Below, piece after piece: positions 39,236-51,750 of a stretch of 64,000 bases of DNA. This stretch comes from Eledone cirrhosa (taxonomy: Eukaryota). The notes beneath the pieces are model-generated. The model did not search any database. It was not told the DNA's origin and saw nothing but the letters and a program-made list of their open reading frames with translations. The position numbers were made by a program, and so were the translations under genes. The stretch spans positions 167,214,001 to 167,278,000 of the forward strand of contig OZ024742.1 of NCBI GenBank assembly GCA_964016885.1, in the 5' to 3' direction. Positions within the stretch are counted from its first letter, which is position 1. Every line of letters begins with the position of its first letter.

Positions 39236-41740
39236 AATCATGGGGAGATAATTTGTAAAAAAAAATCAGGGGGAGATAATTTGTAAAAAAAAATCAGGGG
39301 GAGATAATTTGTAAAAAAAAATCAGGGGGAGATAATTTGTAAAAAAATCAAGGGGAGATAATTTCCAGCCGTCCAAGGGGAGATAATTTTCAGCCGTCCA
39401 AGGGGAGATAATTTCCAGCCGTCCAAGGGGAGATAATTTCCATCCCTCCAAGGGGAGATAATTTCCAGCCGTCCAAGGGGAGATAATTTCCCGCCAACCA
39501 AGGGAAGATAATTTTTAAAAAAATCAGGCGGAGATTGTAAAAAAAATCAGGGGGAGATAATTTGTAAAAAAAAAATCAGGGGGAGATAATTTGTAAAAAA
39601 AATCAGGGGGAGATAATTTGTAAAAAAAAATCAAGGGGAGATAATTTGTACAAAAAATCAGGGGTATATAATTTGTAAAAAAAAATCAGGGGGAGGTAAT
39701 TTGTAAAAAAAATCAGGGGGAGATAATTTGTAAAAAAAATCAAGGGGAGATAATTTGCAGCCGTCCAAGGGGAGATAATTTTCAGCCGTCCAAGGAGAGG
39801 TAATTTCTAGCCGTCCAAGGTGAGATAATATCCAGCCGTCCAAGGGGAGATAATTTCCAGCCGTCCAAGGGGAGATAGTTTTTTTAAAAAAATCAGGCGG
39901 AGATAATTTGTAAAAAAAAAATCAGGGGGAGATAATTTGTAAAAAAAAATCAGGGGGAGATAATTTGTAAAAAAAAATCAAGGGGAGATAATTTGTTAAA
40001 AAAATCAGGGGGAGATAATTAGTAAAAAAATCAAGGTGAGATAATTTCCAGCCGTCCAAGGGGAGGTAATATCTAGCCGTCCAAGGGGAGATAATTTCCA
40101 GCCGTCCAAGGGGAGATAATTTCCAGCCGTCCAAGGGTAGATAATATCCAGCCGTCCAAGTAGACATATTTTCCAGCCGTCCAAGGAGAGGTAATTTCTA
40201 GCCGTCCAAGGGGAGATAAATTCTAGCCTCCAAGGGGAGAATATTTCCAGCAAGCCAAGGGGAGATAATTTGTAAAAAAATCAGGGGGAGATAATTTGTA
40301 AAAAAAATCAGGGGGAGATAATTTGTAAAAAAAAATCAGGGGGAGATAATTTGTAAAAAAAATCAGGGGGAGATAATTTGTAAAAAAAAATCAGGGGGAG
40401 ATAATTTGTAAAAAAAAATCAGGGGGAGATAATTTGTAAAAAAAAATCAGGGGGAGATAATTTGTAAAAAAAATCAAGGGGAGATAATTTCCAGCCGTCC
40501 AAGGGGAGATAATTTCCAGCCGTCCAAGGGGAGGTAATATCTAGCCGTCCAAGGGGCTATAATTTCCAGTGTCCAAGGGGAGATAATTTCCAGCCAGCGA
40601 AGGGGAGATAATTTTTTTTTAAAAATCAGGGGGAGATTTGTAAAAAAAATCAGGGGGAGATAATTTGTAAAAAAAATCAAGGGGAGATAATTTCCAGCCG
40701 TCGAAGGGAAGATAATTTCCAGCCCTCCAAGGGGCTATAATTTCCAGCGTCCAAGGGGAGATAATTTCCAGCCAGCGAAGGGGAGATAATTTTTTTAAAA
40801 AAATCATTGGGAGATTTGTAAAAAAAATCAGGGAGAGATAATTTGTAAAAAAAATCAAGGGGAGATAATTTCCAGCCGTCCAAGGGGAGGTAATATCTAG
40901 CCGTCCAAGGGGAGATAATTTCCAGCCGTCCAAGGGGAGATAATTTCCAGCCGTCCAAGGGTAGATAATATCCAGCCGTCCAAGTAGACATTTTCCAGCC
41001 GTCCAAGGAGAGGTAATTTCTAGCCGTCCAAGGGGAGATAAATTCCAGCCTCCAAGGGGAGATAATTTCCAGCCAGCCAAGGGGAGATAATTTGTAAAAA
41101 AAATCATGGGCAGATAATTTGTAAAAAAAAATCAGGGGGAGATAATTTGTAAAAAAAAATCAGGGGGAGATAATTTGTAAAAAAAAATCAGGGGGAGATA
41201 ATTTGTAAAAAAATCAAGGGGAGATAATTTCCAGCCGTCCAAGGGGAGATAATTTTCAGCCGTCCAAGGGGAGATAATTTCCAGCCGTCCAAGGGGAGAT
41301 AATTTCCATCCTTCCAAGGGGAGATAATTTCCAGCCGTCCAAGGGGAGATAATTTCCCGCCAACCAAGGGAAGATAATTTTTAAAAAAATCAGGCGGAGA
41401 TTGTAAAAAAAATCAGGGGGAGATAATTTGTAAAAAAAAAATCAGGGGGAGATAATTTGTAAAAAAAATCAGGGGGAGATAATTTGTAAAAAAAAATCAA
41501 GGGGAGATAATTTGTACAAAAAATCAGGGGTATATAATTTGTAAAAAAAAATCAGGGGGAGGTAATTTGTAAAAAAAATCAGGGGGAGATAATTTGTAAA
41601 AAAAATCAAGGGGAGATAATTTGCAGCCGTCCAAGGGGAGATAATTTTCAGCCGTCCAAGGAGAGGTAATTTCTAGCCGTCCAAGGTGAGATAATATCCA
41701 GCCGTCCAAGGGGAGATAATTTCCAGCCGTCCAAGGGGAG
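37950..41740 (+). repeat. Local tandem duplication of ~1.87-1.92 kb at the domain transition
   Basis: Offsets of 1,916 (38006/39922) then 1,866 (38753/40619, 39266/41132, 39658/41524). Shared variants TCATGGG (~39238, ~41104) and CCGCCAACC (~39491, ~41357). Confidence 0.85.
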
Positions 41741-42585
41741 ATAATTTTAAAAAAAAAACAGGCGAAGATAATTTGTAAAAAAAAAATCAGGGGGAGATAA
41801 TTTGTAAAAAAAAATCAGGGGGAGATAATTTGTAAAAAAAAATCAGGGGGAGGTAATTTGTAAAAAAAATCAAGGGGAGATAATTTCCAGCCGTCCAAGG
41901 GAAGATAATTTCCAGCCCTCCAAGGGGCTATAATTTCCAGCGTCCAAGGGGAGATAATTTCCAGCCAGCGAAGGGGAGATAATTTTTTTTTTTTTAAATT
42001 AGGGGGACATAATTTGTAAAAAAAATCAGGGGGAGATAATTTGTAAAAAAAATCAAGGGGAGATAATTTTTAAAAAAAAATCAGGGGGAGATAATTTGTA
42101 AAAAAAAATCAGGGGGAGATAATTTGTAAAAAAAATCAAGGGGAGATAATTTGTAAAAAAAAATCAAGGGGAGATAATTTCCAGCCGTCCAAGGGGAGAT
42201 AATTTTCAGCCGTCCAAGGGGAGATAATTTCCCGCCAGCCAAGGAAAGATAATATTTAAAAAAATCAGGCGGAGATAATTTGTAAAAAAAATCAGGGGGA
42301 GATAATTTGTAAAAAAATCAGGGGGAGATAATTTGTAAAAAAAAAATCAGGGGGAGATAATTTGTAAAAAAAATCAGGGGGAGATAATTTGTAAAAAAAA
42401 ATCAGGGGGAGATAATTTGTAAAAAAAAATCAGGGGGAGATAATTTGTAAAAAAAATCAATTGGAGATAATTTCCAGCCGTCCAAGGGGAGATAATTTTC
42501 AGCCGTCCAAGGAGAGGTAATTTCTAGACGTCCAAGGGGAGATAATTTCCAGCCGTCCAAGGGGAGATAATTTCCAGCCGTCCAA

Positions 42586-45360
42586 GGGTAGATAATATCC
42601 AGCCGTCCAAGGAGACATATTTTCCAGCTTTCCAAGGAGAGGTAATTTCTAGCCGTCCAAGGGGAGATAAATTCCAGCCTCCAAGGGGAGATAATTTCCA
42701 GCCAGCCAAGGGGAGATAATTTGTAAAAAAATCAGGGGGAGATAATTTGTAAAAAAAAATCAGGGGCAGATAATTTGTAAAAAAAATCAGGAGGAGATAA
42801 TTTGTAAAAAAAATCAGGGGGAGATAATTTGTAAAAAAAATCAAGGGGAGATAATTTCCAGCCGTCCAAGGGGAGATAATTTTCAGCCGTCCAAGGGGAG
42901 ATAATTTCCCGCCAGCCAAGGGAAGATAATATTTAAAAAATGAGGCGGAGATAATTTGTAAAAAAAATCAGGGGGAGATAATTTGTAAAAAAATCAGGGG
43001 GAGATAATTTGTAAAAAAAAAATCAGGGAGAGATAATTTGTAAAAAAAATCAGGGGGAGATAATTTGTAAAAAAAAATCAGGGGTAGATAATTTGTAAAA
43101 AAAAATCAGGGGGAGATAATTTGTAAAAAAAATCAGGGTGAGATAATTTGTAAAAAAAATCAAGGGGAGATAATTTCCAGCCGTCCAAGGGAAGATAATT
43201 TCAAGCCCTCCAAGGGGCTATAATTTCCAGTGTCCAAGGGGAGATAATTTCCAGCCAGCGAAGGGGAGATAATTTTTTTTTTAAATCAGGGGGAGATTTG
43301 TACAAAAAATCAGGGGGAGATAATTTGTAAAAAAAATCAAAGGGAGATAATTTCCAGCCGTCCAAAGAGAGACAATTTCTAGCCGTCCAAGGGGAGATAA
43401 TTTCGAGCCAAGCGGAGATAATTTCCAGCCGTCCAAGGGGAGATAATTTTTTAAAAAATCAGGTGGAGATAATTTGTAAAAAAAATCAGGGGGAGATAAT
43501 TTGTAAAAACAAAATCAAGGGCAGATAATTTCCAGCTGTCCAAGGGGAGATAATTTCCAGCCGTGCAAGGGGAGATAATTTCCAGCCGTCCAAGGGGAGA
43601 TAATTTCCATCCTTCCAAGGGGAGATAATTTCCAGCCGTCCAAGGGGAGATAATTTCCCGCCAGCCAAGGGAAGATAATTTTTTAAAAAATCAGGCGGAG
43701 ATTGTAAAAAAAATCAGGGGGAGATAATTTGTAAAAAAATCAGGGGGAGATAATTTGTAAAAAAATCAAGGGGAGATAATTTCCAGCTGTCCAAAGGGAG
43801 GTAATATCTAGCCGTCCAAGGGGAGATAATTTCCAGCCGTCCAAGGGGAGATAATTTCCAGCCGTCCAAGGGTAGATAATATCCAGCCGTCCAAGGAGAC
43901 ATATTTTCCAGCCGTCCAAGGAGAGGTAATTTCTAGCCGTCCAAGTGGAGATAAATTCCAGCCTCCAAGGGGAGGGTAGATAATATCCAGCCGTCCAAGG
44001 AGACATATTTTCCAGCTTTCCAAGGAGAGGTAATTTCTAGCCGTCCAAGGGGAGATAAATTCCAGCCTCCAAGGGGAGATAATTTCCAGCCAGCCAAGGG
44101 GAGATAATTTGTAAAAAAATCAGGGGGAGATAATTTGTAAAAAAAAATCAGGGGCAGATAATTTGTAAAAAAAATCAGGGGGAGATAATTTGTAAAAAAT
44201 ATCAGGGGGAGATAATTTGTAAAAAAAATCAAGGGGAGATAATTTCCAGCCGTCCAAGGGGAGATAATTTTCAGCCGTCCAAGGGGAGATAATTTCCCGC
44301 CAGCCAAGGGAAGATAATATTTAAAAAATAAGGCGGAGATAATTTGTAAAAAAAATCAGGGGGAGATAATTTGTAAAAAAATCAGGGGGAGATAATTTGT
44401 AAAAAAAAAATCAGGGAGAGATAATTTGTAAAAAAAATCAGGGGGAGATAATTTGTAAAAAAAAATCAGGGGTAGATAATTTGTAAAAAAAAATCAGGGG
44501 GAGATAATTTGTAAAAAAAATCAGGGGGAGATAATTTGTAAAAAAAATCAAGGGGAGATAATTTCCAGCCGTCCAAGGGAAGATAATTTCAAGCCCTCCA
44601 AGGGGCTATAATTTCCAGTGTCCAAGGGGAGATAATTTCCAGCCAGCGAAGGGGAGATAATTTTTTTTTTTAAATCAGTGGGAGATTTGTACAAAAAATC
44701 AGGGGGAGATAATTTGTAAAAAAAATCAAAGGGAGATAATTTCCAGCCGTCCAAAGAGAGATAATTTCTAGCCGTCCAAGGGGAGATAATTTCGAGCCAA
44801 GGGGAGATAATTTCCAGCCGTCCAAGGGGAGATAATTTTTTAAAAAATCAGGTGGAGATAATTTGTAAAAAAAATCAGGGGGAGATAATTTGTAAAAACA
44901 AAATCAAGGGCAGATAATTTCCAGCTGTCCAAGGGGAGATAATTTCCAGCCGTGCAAGGGGAGATAATTTCCAGCCGTCCAAGGGGAGATAATTTCCATC
45001 CTTCCAAGGGGAGATAATTTCCAGCCGTCCAAGGGGAGATAATTTCCCGCCAGCCAAGGGAAGATAATTTTTTAAAAAATCAGGCGGAGATTGTAAAAAA
45101 AATCAGGGGGAGATAATTTGTAAAAAAATCAGGGGGAGATAATTTGTAAAAAAATCAAGGGGAGATAATTTCCAGCTGTCCAAGGGGAGGTAATATCTAG
45201 CCGTCCAAGGGGAGATAATTTCCAGCCGTCCAAGGGGAGATAATTTCCAGCCGTCCAAGGGTAGATAATATCCAGCCGTCCAAGGAGACATATTTTCCAG
45301 CCGTCCAAGGAGAGGTAATTTCTAGCCGTCCAAGTGGAGATAAATTCCAGCCTCCAAGGG
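42586..45360 (+). repeat. Tandem ~1.39-kb duplication joined by an out-of-register junction (occurrence 1)
   Basis: ORF offsets of 1,389 (43486/44875, 43714/45103). Junction CAAGGGGAGGGTAGATAATATCC at ~43966-43988. Confidence 0.87.
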
Positions 45361-48300
45361 GAGATAATTTCCAGCCAGCCAAGGGGAGATAATTTGTAAA
45401 AAATTCAGGGGGAGATAATTTGTAAAAAAAATCAGGGGGAGATAATTTGTAAAAAAAAATCAGGGGGAGATAATTTGTAAAAAAAATCAGGGGGAGATAA
45501 TTTGTAAAAAAAATCAAGGGGAGATAATTTCCAGCCGTCCAAGGAGAGATAATTTAAAAAAAAAATCAGGCGGAGATAATTTGTAAAAAAAAATCAGGGG
45601 GAGATAATTTGTAAAAAAAAATCAGGGGGAGATAATTTGTAAAAAAAATCAAGGGGAGATAATTTCCAGCCGTCCAAGGGGAGATAATTTTCAGCCGTCC
45701 AAGGGGAGATAATTTCCAGCCGTCCAAGGGGAGATAATTTAAAAAAAAAATCAGGCGGAGATAATTTGTAAAAAAAATCAAGGGGAGATAATTTGCAACC
45801 GTCCAAGGGGACATAATTTTCAGTCGTCCAAGGAGAGGTAATTTCTAGCCGTACAAGGGGAGATAATTTCCAGCCGTCCAAGGGGAGATAATTTCCAGCC
45901 GTCCAAGGGGAGATAATTTTTTTTTAAAAATCAGGGGGAGATAATTTGTAAAAAAAAATCAGGGGGAGATAATTTGTAAAAAAAAATCAGGGGGAGATAA
46001 TTTGTAAAAAAAATCAAGGGGAGATAATTTCCAGCCGTCCAAGGGAAGATAATTTCCAGCCCTCCAAGGGGCTATAATTTCCAGCGTCCAAGGGGAGATA
46101 ATTTCCAGCCAGCGAAGGGGAGATAATTGTTTTAAAAAAATCATTGGGAGATTTGTAAAAAAAATCAGGGGGAGATAATTAATAAAAAAAATCAAGGGGA
46201 GATAATTTCCAGCCGTCCAAGGGGAGGTAATATCTAGCCGTCCAAGGGGAGATAATTTCCAGCCGTCCAAGGGAGATAATTTCCAGCCGTCCAAGGGTAG
46301 ATAATATCCAGCCGTCCAAGGAGACATATTTTCCAGCCGTCCAAGGAGAGGTAATTTCTAGCCGTCCAAGGGGAGATAAATTCCAGCCTCCAAGGGGAGA
46401 TAATTTCCAGCCAGCCAAGGGGAGATAATTTGTAAAAAAATCAGGGGGAGATAATTTGTAAAATAAATCAGGGGTAGATAATTTGTAAAAAAAAATCAGG
46501 GGGAGATAATTTGTAAAAAAAAATCAGGGGGAGATAATATGTAAAAAAAATCAAGGGGAGATAATTTCCAGCCGTCCAAGGAGAGATAATTTAAAAAAAA
46601 AATCAGGCGGAGATAATTTGTAAAAAAAAATCAGGGGGAGATAATTTGTAAAAAAAAATCAGGGGGAGATAATTTGTAAAAAAAATCAAGGGGAGATAAT
46701 TTCCAGCCGTCCAAGGGGAGATAATTTCCAGCCGTCCAAGGGGAAATAATTTTTTTAAAAAAATCAGGCGGAGATAATTTGTAAAAAAAATCAGGGGGAG
46801 ATAATTTGTAAAAAAAAATCAGGGGGAGATAATATGTAAAAAAAAAATCAGGGGGAGATAATTTCCAGCCGTCCAAGGTAAGATAATTTCCAGCCCTCCA
46901 AGGGGCTATAATTTCCAGCATCCAAGGGGAGATAATTTCCAGCCGTCCAATGGTAGATAATATCCAGCCGTCCAAGTAGACATTTTCCAGCCGTCCAAGG
47001 AGAGGTAATTTCTAGCCGTCCAAGGGGAGATAAATTCCAGCCTCCAAGGGGAGATAATTTCCAGCCAGCCAAGGGGAGATAATTTGTAAAAAAATCAGGG
47101 GGAGATAATTTGTAAAAAAAATCAGGGGGAGATAATTTGTAAAAAAAATCAGGGGGAGATAATTTGTAAAAAAAAATCAGGGGGAGATAATTTGTAAAAA
47201 AAAATCAGGGGGAGATAATTTGTAAAAAAAATCAAGGGGAGATAATTTCCAGCCGTCCAAGGGGAGATAATTTTCAGCCGTCCAAGGGGAGATAATTTCC
47301 AGCCGTCCAAGGGGAGATAATTTCCATCCTTCCAAGGGGAGATAATTTCCAGCCGTCCAAGGGGAGATAATTTTCAGTCGTCCAAGGGGAGATAATTTCC
47401 CGCCAGCCAAGGGAAGATAATATTTTAAAAAATCAGGCGGAGATAATTTGTAAAAAAAATCAGGGTGAGATAATTTGTAAAAAAATCAGGGGGAGATAAT
47501 TTGTAAAAAAAAAATCAGGGGGAGATAATTTGTAAAAAAAATCAGGGGGAGATAATTTGTAAAAAAAAAATCAGGTGTAGATAATTTGTAAAAAAAAATC
47601 AGGGGGAGATAATTTGTAAAAAAAAAATCAGGGGGAGATAATTTGTAAAAAAAATCAGGGGGAGATAATTTGTAAAAAAAAATCAGGGGGAGATAATTTC
47701 CAGCCGTCCAAGGGGAGATAATTTCCAGCCGTCCAAGGGGAGATAATTTCCATCCTTCCAAGGGGAGATAATTTCCAGCCGTCCAAGGGGAGATAATTTC
47801 CCGCCAACCAAGGGAAGATAATTTTTAAAAAAATCAGGCGGAGATTGTAAAAAAAATCAGGGGGAGATAATTTGTAAAAAAAAAATCAGGGGGAGATAAT
47901 TTGTAAAAAAAATCAGGGGGAGATAATTTGTAAAAAAAAATCAAGGGGAGATAATTTGTACAAAAAATCAGGGGTATATAATTTGTAAAAAAAAATCAGG
48001 GGGAGATAATTTGTAAAAAAAAATCAGGGGGAGATAATTTGTAAAAAAAATCAAGGGGAGATAATTTGCAGCCGTCCAAGGGGAGATAATTTTCAGCCGT
48101 CCAAGGAGAGGTAATTTCTAGTCGTCCAAGGTGAGATAATATCCAGCCGTCCAAGGGGAGATAATTTCCAGCCGTCCAAGGGGAGATAATTTTTTAAAAA
48201 AAACAGGCGAAGATAATTTGTAAAAAAAAAATCAGGGGGAGATAATTTGTAAAAAAAAATCAGGGGGAGATAATTTGTAAAAAAAAATCAGGGGGAGGTA

Positions 48301-51300
48301 ATTTGTGAAAAAAAATCAAGGGGAGATAATTTCCAGCCGTCCAAGGGAAGATAATTTCCAGCCCTCCAAGGGGCTATAATTTCCAGCGTCCAAGGGGAGA
48401 TAATTTCCAGCCAGCGAAGGGGAGATAATTTTTTTTTTTTTAAATCAGGGGGAGATAATTTGTAAAAAAAAATCAGGGGGAGATAATTTCCAGCCGTCCA
48501 AGGGGAGATAATTTTCAGCCGTCCAAGGGGAGATAATTTTCAGCCGTCCAAGGGGAGATAATTTCCCGCCAGCCAAGGAAAGATAATATTTAAAAAAATC
48601 AGGCGGAGATAATTTGTAAAAAAAAATCAGGGGGAGATAATTTGTAAAAAAAATCAATTGGAGATAATTTCCAGCCGTCCAAGGGGAGATAATTTTCAGC
48701 CGTCCAAGGAGAGGTAATTTCTAGACGTCCAAGGGGAGATAATTTCCAGCCGTCCAAGGGGAGATAATTTCCAGCCGTCCAAGGGTAGATAATATCCAGC
48801 CGTCCAAGGAGACATATTTTCCAGCTTTCCAAGGAGAGGTAATTTCTAGCCGTCCAAGGGGAGATAAATTCCAGCCTCCAAGGGGAGATAATTTCCAGCC
48901 AGCCAAGGGGAGATAATTTGTAAAAAAATCAGGGGGAGATAATTTGTAAAAAAAAATCAGGGGCAGATAATTTGTAAAAAAAATCAGGGGGAGATAATTT
49001 GTAAAAAATATCAGGGGGAGATAATTTGTAAAAAAAATCAAGGGGAGATAATTTCCAGCCGTCCAAGGGGAGATAATTTTCAGCCGTCCAAGGGGAGATA
49101 ATTTCCCGCCAGCCAAGGGAAGATAATATTTAAAAAATAAGGCGGAGATAATTTGTAAAAAAAATCAGGGGGAGATAATTTGTAAAAAAATCAGGGGGAG
49201 ATAATTTGTAAAAAAAAAATCAGGGAGAGATAATTTGTAAAAAAAATCAGGGGGAGATAATTTGTAAAAAAAAATCAGGGGTAGATAATTTGTAAAAAAA
49301 AATCAGGGGGAGATAATTTGTAAAAAAAATCAGGGGGAGATAATTTGTAAAAAAAATCAAGGGGAGATAATTTCCAGCCGTCCAAGGGAAGATAATTTCA
49401 AGCCCTCCAAGGGGCTATAATTTCCAGTGTCCAAGGGGAGATAATTTCCAGCCAGCGAAGGGGAGATAATTTTTTTTTTTAAATCAGTGGGAGATTTGTA
49501 CAAAAAATCAGGGGGAGATAATTTGTAAAAAAAATCAAAGGGAGATAATTTCCAGCCGTCCAAAGAGAGATAATTTCTAGCCGTCCAAGGGGAGATAATT
49601 TCGAGCCAAGGGGAGATAATTTCCAGCCGTCCAAGGGGAGATAATTTTTTAAAAAATCAGGTGGAGATAATTTGTAAAAAAAATCAGGGGGAGATAATTT
49701 GTAAAAACAAAATCAAGGGCAGATAATTTCCAGCTGTCCAAGGGGAGATAATTTCCAGCCGTGCAAGGGGAGATAATTTCCAGCCGTCCAAGGGGAGATA
49801 ATTTCCATCCTTCCAAGGGGAGATAATTTCCAGCCGTCCAAGGGGAGATAATTTCCCGCCAGCCAAGGGAAGATAATTTTTTAAAAAATCAGGCGGAGAT
49901 TGTAAAAAAAATCAGGGGGAGATAATTTGTAAAAAAATCAGGGGGAGATAATTTGTAAAAAAATCAAGGGGAGATAATTTCCAGCTGTCCAAGGGGAGGT
50001 AATATCTAGCCGTCCAAGGGGAGATAATTTCCAGCCGTCCAAGGGGAGATAATTTCCAGCCGTCCAAGGGTAGATAATATCCAGCCGTCCAAGGAGACAT
50101 ATTTTCCAGCCGTCCAAGGAGAGGTAATTTCTAGCCGTCCAAGTGGAGATAAATTCCAGCCTCCAAGGGGAGATAATTTCCAGCCAGCCAAGGGGAGATA
50201 ATTTGTAAAAAATTCAGGGGGAGATAATTTGTAAAAAAAATCAGGGGGAGATAATTTGTAAAAAAAAATCAGGGGGAGATAATTTGTAAAAAAAATCAGG
50301 GGGAGATAATTTGTAAAAAAAATCAAGGGGAGATAATTTCCAGCCGTCCAAGGAGAGATAATTTAAAAAAAAAATCAGGCGGAGATAATTTGTAAAAAAA
50401 AATCAGGGGGAGATAATTTGTAAAAAAAAATCAGGGGGAGATAATTTGTAAAAAAAATCAAGGGGAGATAATTTCCAGCCGTCCAAGGGGAGATAATTTT
50501 CAGCCGTCCAAGGGGAGATAATTTCCAGCCGTCCAAGGGGAGATAATTTAAAAAAAAAATCAGGCGGAGATAATTTGTAAAAAAAATCAAGGGGAGATAA
50601 TTTGCAACCGTCCAAGGGGACATAATTTTCAGTCGTCCAAGGAGAGGTAATTTCCAGCCGTCCAAGGGGAGATAATTTGTAAAAAAAAATCAGGGGGAGA
50701 TAATTTGTAAAAAAAATCAAGGGGAGATAATTTCCAGCCGTCCAAGGGGAGATAATTTCCAGCCGTCCAAGGGGAAATAATTTTTTTAAAAAAATCAGGC
50801 GGAGATAATTTGTAAAAAAAATCAGGGGGAGATAATTTGTAAAAAAAAATCAGGGGGAGATAATTTGTAAAAAAAAAATCAGGGGGAGATAATTTCCAGC
50901 CGTCCAAGGTAAGATAATTTCCAGCCCTCCAAGGGGCTATAATTTCCAGCATCCAAGGGGAGATAATTTCCAGCCGTCCAATGGTAGATAATATCCAGCC
51001 GTCCAAGTAGACATTTTCCAGCCGTCCAAGGAGAGGTAATTTCTAGCCGTCCAAGGGGAGATAAATTCCAGCCTCCAAGGGGAGATAATTTCCAGCCAGC
51101 CAAGGGGAGATAATTTGTAAAAAAAATCAGGGGGAGATAATTTGTAAAAAAAATCAGGGGGAGATAATTTGTAAAAAAAATCAGGGGGAGATAATTTGTA
51201 AAAAAAAATCAGGGTGAGATAATTTGTAAAAAAAAATCAGGGGGAGATAATTTGTAAAAAAAATCAAGGGGAGATAATTTCCAGCCGTCCAAGGGGAGAT

Positions 51301-51750
51301 AATTTTCAGCCGTCCAAGGGGAGATAATTTCCAGCCGTCCAAGGGGAGATAATTTCCATCCTTCCAAGGGGAGATAATTTCCAGCCGTCCAAGGGGAGAT
51401 AATTTTCAGTCGTCCAAGGGGAGATAATTTCCCGCCAGCCAAGGGAAGATAATATTTTAAAAAATCAGGCGGAGATAATTTGTAAAAAAAATCAGGGTGA
51501 GATAATTTGTAAAAAAATCAGGGGGAGATAATTTGTAAAAAAAAAATCAGGGGGAGATAATTTGTAAAAAAAATCAGGGGGAGATAATTTGTAAAAAAAA
51601 AATCAGGTGTAGATAATTTGTAAAAAAAAATCAGGGGGAGATAATTTGTAAAAAAAAAATCAGGGGGAGATAATTTGTAAAAAAAATCAGGGGGAGATAA
51701 TTTGTAAAAAAAAATCAGGGGGAGATAATTTCCAGCCGTCCAAGGGGAGA
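43980..51750 (+). repeat. Block ~44.0-47.7 kb duplicated at ~48.8-51.7 kb with a ~0.78-kb internal deletion
   Basis: Offsets of 4,809 (44548/49357, 44875/49684, 45566/50375) then 4,031-4,032 (46848/50879, 47177/51209). Shared variants AAAAATATCAG, AAATAAGGCGG, TAAATCAGTGGGAGATTT, CCAATGGTAG and CAGGTGTAG. Confidence 0.85.
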
